Shown here: piece after piece, positions 61,134 to 64,000 of the stretch
Layout of the letters: each line of letters begins with the position of its first letter
Position numbering within the stretch: position 1 is the stretch's first letter
Source of the DNA: a virus
Strand: one strand, 5' to 3'
DNA: 64,000 nucleotides
Virus record (IMG/VR): IMGVR_UViG_3300037493_005727
Location: 69,091-133,090 of that record
Notes under the pieces: generated by a model
Databases searched by the model: none
The model's input: the letters and a program-made list of their open reading frames with translations, nothing else
Told to the model about the DNA's origin: nothing
Program-made: the position numbers and the translations under genes

Positions 61134-61826
61134 ATGAAACGCGTATCTCCACGGCACCGGTTCGAGTCTGTGCTCGCAACGGTAAAGACAGCGTCTCCTC
61201 CTCCCCCCGGGGAAATGGAGGCGGCGCTGCACAGCCTCATCAAACGGAGCGGTCCCCCGGATCCGTGGGTGGAGTACGCGTACGATCTATACCTCGATGT
61301 ACAGCACCGTTCGGTCCTGGACGCGTTCATTCTCTCGAGCGCTCCAATGGACGTCGTAAGCAAGGTCCTGGGAATCCCTGTCCTCGTGCTGATGGCTTAC
61401 GAGTACCTCTTCTTCGACATGGCGACTTTCCGTAACCGCCTCGAGAAGATCACGTACGCGTCGAATTACGACGGTGACGCTTACGCCGCTGAGCTACTGA
61501 AGACGGGCATCATGGTGGGCTCGGACTACCTGATTTGGACGTACGGCGGCAAAGATACCGTCGACACCCGGGCGGTCGTGCGCCATACGATGATCGATGC
61601 GTTCTACCGCGGCATGTCACACAAGGGGAACAGCCTCACGAGCGCCGTATCCAAGGAGTCCCAGAAGTGGTGGGCGACGGCCATCAAGAACGCCGAGATC
61701 CTTGAGAAGATGGACCCGCAGGCGACGAAGCAGGCGTATGAGGAGCTTCGCATCGCACTGAACGGCGTTGATGAAACCTTGCCGGTTGAAAAATCTCCGG
61801 TGCCCGTCGAAGACATTCTTCACTAG
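61134..61826 (+). CDS. hypothetical protein
   Basis: The track ORF begins at GTG 61128, which overlaps the upstream stop. The ATG at 61134 is preferred. Confidence 0.5.
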   Translation: MKRVSPRHRFESVLATVKTASPPPPGEMEAALHSLIKRSGPPDPWVEYAYDLYLDVQHRSVLDAFILSSAPMDVVSKVLGIPVLVLMAYEYLFFDMATFRNRLEKITYASNYDGDAYAAELLKTGIMVGSDYLIWTYGGKDTVDTRAVVRHTMIDAFYRGMSHKGNSLTSAVSKESQKWWATAIKNAEILEKMDPQATKQAYEELRIALNGVDETLPVEKSPVPVEDILH

Positions 61827-61835
61827 GATACTGCC

Positions 61836-62648
61836 ATGCCACGTTGGAACGAGAGCGAATTCGTAAAGCACGCCCAGGGGCTCGCGGAGCAGCACCTGGT
61901 GACCAAGAAAAGCCTGAACGAGCTCTCTGAGAAGTTCGCTCAGGAGAACCAGCTCAACCCCGAGGAGATTCGTACCCTCGTGCGGCTGGCGAACGTGGCA
62001 ACGTTTCAAGAGCTCTTCAAGAAAAAGGACGGCGGGGACAAGATGATTGAGTTCGACACCGGAGATCCCGAGGCTGTCATTCGCAACATGGTGGCCTCAG
62101 CTAGCGCACCGCCGCAGACCGCGAACATCAACAACGACAAGCTCGCCAGCGAAGTCCCCGACATGATGCGGGAGAAGCGCCTGGGCAAGAAGTTCGACCT
62201 CGCGCCTGAGGCCGAGAAGGTAGCGGAGTACGCCGAGAAGCCCGCCCGCGAGGACATTGTCGTGATGAATCTCCGCAAGCTGGCGTCGGAGTTTACCATC
62301 GCGAAGATCTCTGCGGGGGCGAAGTGGGAGGAGAAGCTGGCGTCCCTGGCTCGTGTCTTCAAGCGCGCCCCAGGGTACGGACCCAAGTTCATGGACTTCG
62401 AGAAGTGCGCCTGGGCTGAGCTCGGGGCAGACGCGTCGCCTGAGATGGCCTTCCTCTACGAGGAGCTTCGAGTCAATCACTCTCGGCCCGACCTCGAGAA
62501 GGTGGCCTTCCTACAGGAGCGCCTGGTGGTAGAGGACACCCCCGAGCTCCGGCTGTTGAAGGAAGCCCACGATGCCCGGCAGACCTACGAGAAGATGATC
62601 GGTGCGCTGGCGTGGGTCGACAAGAACATGCCCGCTCTTGGGCGGTAA
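61836..62648 (+). CDS. hypothetical protein
   Basis: 270-aa ORF. Confidence 0.5.
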   Translation: MPRWNESEFVKHAQGLAEQHLVTKKSLNELSEKFAQENQLNPEEIRTLVRLANVATFQELFKKKDGGDKMIEFDTGDPEAVIRNMVASASAPPQTANINNDKLASEVPDMMREKRLGKKFDLAPEAEKVAEYAEKPAREDIVVMNLRKLASEFTIAKISAGAKWEEKLASLARVFKRAPGYGPKFMDFEKCAWAELGADASPEMAFLYEELRVNHSRPDLEKVAFLQERLVVEDTPELRLLKEAHDARQTYEKMIGALAWVDKNMPALGR

Positions 62649-62649
62649 C

Positions 62650-63762
62650 GTGAAGAACCCCATTTTCCAAGCCCAGGTCGCCGCACTGTTCGACAAGACG
62701 TCGAATGCCCACGTGCGTCGTGGAGAGGAGATCATCTCCGGGGCAAAGGACATTGGGTCCGCGGCTCAGGGGGTCCTTGGAGTAGCGAATCGGGGACTGT
62801 CGAAGTTCGTAGACCCCGCCGGAGATAGCGTTCTAGCCAAGGGGCTTGGGCGAGCTGCCGATTTCGCTTCAAAGCGGCCAGGCCTTGCGACAGGCGTGAT
62901 TGGCGCAGCCGCTTTGGCGCCTATACTGGGGAACGCTTTCAGTTCGTCACAGGCACATCACCAGAGAGAGCTCATGGACGCATACGCTCAGCCCGAAAGG
63001 GTCATCACCGCCAACCTGGACGAGTTCATTGAGAAGAAGGCGGAGCTCTACTCAATGACCAAGGTAGCGGCGAAGCCCCCTCCGAAGCCGCCTTGGCTGT
63101 CGAACCAGCTGCTGAAGAACATCGCAAATCGGGCGGCCCGCGGCGCTGGAAACGTTGCCCGGAGCGAAGCGCGTAAGCGTAGCGAATCAGCAGCGGCCGA
63201 AGCTCGTCAGCGCGCTTCGGAGCAGATGAAGCGCTTTCAGGCAGCTACGGAGAAGCAGCGGGCGCAGCACAAGGGCGACATCAAATCAGTCGCTCGTTCC
63301 GCCGCGAATGCCGTCAAGAAGAGCCTCCCGCCGGAGCCTGGATTCTGGTCTGCCTCGGGCGAGGCCATGGTCGGCGGCTTGAGCAAGGGGATCGGTTCGG
63401 CGCTTGGTGGCTCGTTGGTGGGGCTGATGGCCCACGGCATCGGGACCGGCGTTGACGCTCTCCGCGATCACTTCATGCTGGACCCGAAGCGTAAGGCTCT
63501 CGTGGACACCCTCGTCCGCACGGATCCTGTGCTCAGCGATGCGGTTGACCGGAGCCCGGACAGCAAGGCGATTATCCGTGAGTCCTACGGGACGATGGAG
63601 CGGTTCGCCCCTACTCTGTCCCTGGACATCAACGCTGTTCGGTCTTTCCTCCGGGAAGCTGTTCTCGGCGGGTCCGGCGTGAACTACGCCACCATCAAAA
63701 ATCTGGTAGACACCGAGAAGTCTATCGCTGAGGCAAAGCCCCGTTACGGGGGAGGATACTGA
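62650..63762 (+). CDS. hypothetical protein (probable GTG start)
   Basis: The track ORF 62602.. overlaps the previous gene. The in-frame GTG at 62650 immediately follows the TAA stop (VKNPIFQAQV...). Ala/Gly-rich. Confidence 0.45.
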   Translation: MKNPIFQAQVAALFDKTSNAHVRRGEEIISGAKDIGSAAQGVLGVANRGLSKFVDPAGDSVLAKGLGRAADFASKRPGLATGVIGAAALAPILGNAFSSSQAHHQRELMDAYAQPERVITANLDEFIEKKAELYSMTKVAAKPPPKPPWLSNQLLKNIANRAARGAGNVARSEARKRSESAAAEARQRASEQMKRFQAATEKQRAQHKGDIKSVARSAANAVKKSLPPEPGFWSASGEAMVGGLSKGIGSALGGSLVGLMAHGIGTGVDALRDHFMLDPKRKALVDTLVRTDPVLSDAVDRSPDSKAIIRESYGTMERFAPTLSLDINAVRSFLREAVLGGSGVNYATIKNLVDTEKSIAEAKPRYGGGY

Positions 63763-63763
63763 C

Positions 63764-63973
63764 ATGGACAACATCGATCAGCACATTTCGCCGGAGCTGC
63801 ACGAGGCCATCCAGCGCTTCGGCTTCGACAAGGTCGCGGCCCGGATGTTCGGAGTGGAAGAGATCAACGAAAAGACGGCTTCGACCATCGTCGGCACGAA
63901 CTTGATGACCCGCTTGGCGGAGTGGCGGCAGGTCGCCACAGGTCTCGCGGCGTTGAAAGACCTCGGGGGCTGA
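63764..63973 (+). CDS. small hypothetical protein
   Basis: 69 aa. The stop of the previous gene overlaps this start (TGACATGG). Confidence 0.4.
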   Translation: MDNIDQHISPELHEAIQRFGFDKVAARMFGVEEINEKTASTIVGTNLMTRLAEWRQVATGLAALKDLGG

Positions 63974-64000
63974 GATGCACTACGTCACGTTCTGGAAGAA

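Noticed and set aside
1-64000. tRNA, rRNA or CRISPR array
   Set aside because: Intergenic regions were inspected by eye. No cloverleaf-like T-arm (GGTTCGAATCC-type) and no regularly spaced short repeats with unique spacers were found. The only repeat arrays (10222-10683, 32699-33134) have irregular spacing and non-CRISPR structure.

Overview
This window reads as a contiguous stretch of a GC-rich (roughly 60% by eye) tailed dsDNA phage or prophage genome, with almost no non-coding DNA. Most identifications below rest on motifs read directly from the translations.

Layout:
- Coordinates ~1-19000 and 21000-44900 are dominated by long minus-strand operons whose genes are chained by ATGA/GTGA start-stop overlaps. 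They carry nucleotide-metabolism and replication/recombination functions: an SNase-like thermonuclease, an HNH endonuclease, a class II (B12-type) ribonucleotide reductase, a RuvC-like resolvase, a Prim-Pol primase plus a VirE/D5-like helicase, a family-A DNA polymerase with an N-terminal UDG-like domain and a 3'-5' exonuclease domain, a separate DnaQ-like exonuclease, two Cas4-like PD-(D/E)XK nucleases, a ParB-like protein and a SNF2 helicase.
- The same early region encodes a stand-alone reverse transcriptase and a MoxR AAA+ ATPase paired with a VWA/HExxH-metallopeptidase protein.
- A terminase large subunit is at 30575-32191.
- From ~45000 to the end, a plus-strand block has a portal-like protein, a scaffold-like acidic repeat protein and several large presumptive virion proteins.

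The most striking content is a bacterial-type multisubunit RNA polymerase encoded inside the structural block. A single 1604-aa ORF fuses a complete beta subunit to the N-terminal half of beta' (GRHGNKG, NRAPTLHR and NADYDGD motifs). Four small genes follow, including a ferritin-like one, and a separate 599-aa ORF then carries the beta' C-terminal half. A sigma-70-family factor lies 10 kb upstream.

Recurring non-coding elements:
- A CTATACT(-10-like) box sits 7-9 nt upstream of several plus-strand ATGs (leaderless-type promoters).
- A CTTTACGTGGTAC box precedes two structural genes.
- A ~460-bp iteron-rich gap next to the helicase gene is a candidate origin.
- A ~770-bp structured non-coding region next to the terminase/polymerase genes carries three ~42-bp hairpin-containing direct repeats.

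No rRNA, tRNA or CRISPR array was found.
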